This document shows, piece after piece, positions 62,501 to 64,000 of a stretch of DNA of 64,000 nt. The translations under genes were made by a program, and so were the position numbers. Under the pieces are notes generated by a model. It did no database searches and had not been told where the DNA came from. It worked only from the letters and a program-made list of their open reading frames with translations. The stretch comes from Raillietiella orientalis (lineage: Eukaryota), in assembly GCA_036172245.1 (NCBI GenBank), contig JAYWIR010000049.1:124001-188000 (forward strand), in the 5' to 3' direction. Numbering within the stretch: the stretch's first letter is position 1; each line of letters starts with the position of its first letter.

Positions 62501-64000
62501 GGAGTAACCCTGCAGCATAGCGGCAGTCTCGACGGCTGCACGACGAGAGCGTTTTCGGACGGCTCCACTATCGTATCCGGACCAAAGGAACCCTTCAGTG
62601 ATGATCGATCTGCTCGCCGTTAACCCTCGGAGAACTCGCGGTCCCTCTCCTACGCGCACATTCCCGTGGTTCCCGTTGAAATAGAAACGGCATGTCCTGC
62701 TGCTCTTCTGCACTGCGGATTCCAGTGCACGCAATGAAGGCACTTGGTTTCCGGGCCCAGCTGCTTGAGGTGCAGGGCGAACGAATGGTGCCCGCACCTC
62801 TTGTTGGACTGCGATGCCCTGGGAGTCCTTTGGTGGAGACTCCAGTGGGCATTCCGTCACCCGGAGTGAACTGTTGCCGATTTCCTACAGCGCTTCACGC
62901 CAGGCGGACGTACGCCAGCCGCCGTGATCGCCTGGAGATGCTGCACTACGTGACGGAGCCCCGTCGAGGTGGAGGGGGGCCTCCAGCATTCAGCGCCAGC
63001 TGCAGGAAGAGAGAGAGTCCTTCGCCCCTATCCTCTCTTCTTGTTTCACTTTATTTCTACTTCCTCCCTCCTGCTACGACTCCTTTAGATAGCCGCACGG
63101 GAGGAAATCCGGAAGGGAAACCTTCCACTCTGGTTGTCTCCAAAGGGAACCTCCTTCCTTAATCTCTCTGAATTGGTCCTCAAAGGGGAATCAGTTCTCG
63201 TTTCTTCTCCGGAGGCATCCCCGCAAAGGAATCCCTCCTTGTTTTCTACTCTGAAGAGAACCCCGATAGAAGGCTCCCAAATTTATCTGAAGAGTCGATC
63301 ACCGAAAGGAGCAGCGCGCTTCTTCACACGCTGGATAGACAACCCCTCGAGTAGGAGCCTTCACCAGCTTTATGATCGGCTTTACTCTCACAAGAAGACA
63401 GGAACAACCTCGAAGGGAACCATCTCTTTGATTGCTGGATGGACTCCGGAGTTCTACTTCCGATCCCGTCCAGTCGACAGGGACACCTGGCTTCCACCAG
63501 TGCCGCATTTGAAGCTCACCAAGGCCAACCAGCACCATCTTGCAGGGGACTCCAAACCCCCGACGCACCACTCCTCCGTTTTCGACATCCACCTTTCCCT
63601 GGCGTGATTCGAACCCGCAACCCTTGGTGCTGCAAACGGTCACCAACGCTGGCGGAATCTTTATTTTTAATTTTGCTACTGTTGGGCGAATTGCTGTCCC
63701 CACTCGGCATCCTTCGTTGGACCGTGTTGCAGGCTCGGGCATTTTCTTCCTTGGTTTTGGCTTTGTTGTTCGTTTTATCGCGTTCCCTGATTCGTTTCTT
63801 CCGCAATCCTTTTGGACTTTCTCGCATCAGCTGCGTTGTCCGCGGTACCCTGCAGAACTGGTCGCAGAACTGGGAATTATCGTTCGCCCTCCCTGGCAAT
63901 CCACTGCTCTCCTCCTACGTGAGGTGCCCCTTCCATTTTTCAGTTGTGACCCTCTGAACTGAAATGGAGCCTAGCGCTACTCGTTTTCCACGGAATGCCG

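Larger units (their letters stand above)
49136..64000 (-). repeat. Right arm of the inverted repeat, running to the window end
   Basis: Mirror of the left arm; carries an extra ~1.2 kb (61465-62693). Confidence 0.97.

Noticed and set aside
63600..63655. tRNA or tRNA-derived SINE head (ggttcgaatc on the minus strand)
   Set aside because: No cloverleaf or clear A box; the B-box-like motif is not retained in the homologous copies
1..64000. CRISPR arrays, rRNA, telomeric repeat arrays, prokaryotic operons
   Set aside because: None seen; spliceosomal introns and LINEs indicate a eukaryotic nuclear locus

Overview
Eukaryotic (animal, probably arthropod) genomic DNA in two parts. (1) ~597-31412 is almost entirely a nest of at least 12 pieces of related L1/Tx1-clade non-LTR retrotransposons: ORF1 with two CCHC knuckles; ORF2 with APE endonuclease, RT and a C-terminal Cys/His finger. 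All copies are damaged or interrupted. They are inserted into one another, mostly antisense, and at recurring positions. Family A sits twice at the same base of the RT 'HKAFD' motif of two different host families. Family B sits twice at the same 'PxGFG' codons. Other copies hit the RT 'NADAKL' and APE 'GDFN' motifs. Two insertions have target-site duplications. The elements share a structured 3' UTR with compensatory changes, lack a long poly(A) tail, and have a shortened APE domain. (2) ~32329-64000 is a large inverted repeat (mirror coordinates sum to 95077). Its ~11 kb arms are nearly identical (~34900-45941 / 49136-~60180), surround a 3.2 kb spacer, and continue outward into clearly diverged arms. 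Each arm carries an intact 7-exon gene for a secreted Cys-rich CUB-like protein and two C-terminal exons of an SLC4 anion transporter. The spacer holds a piggyBac remnant and LINE fragments. Element labels (H, A1, B1 etc.) are mine, and all alignments were done by eye.
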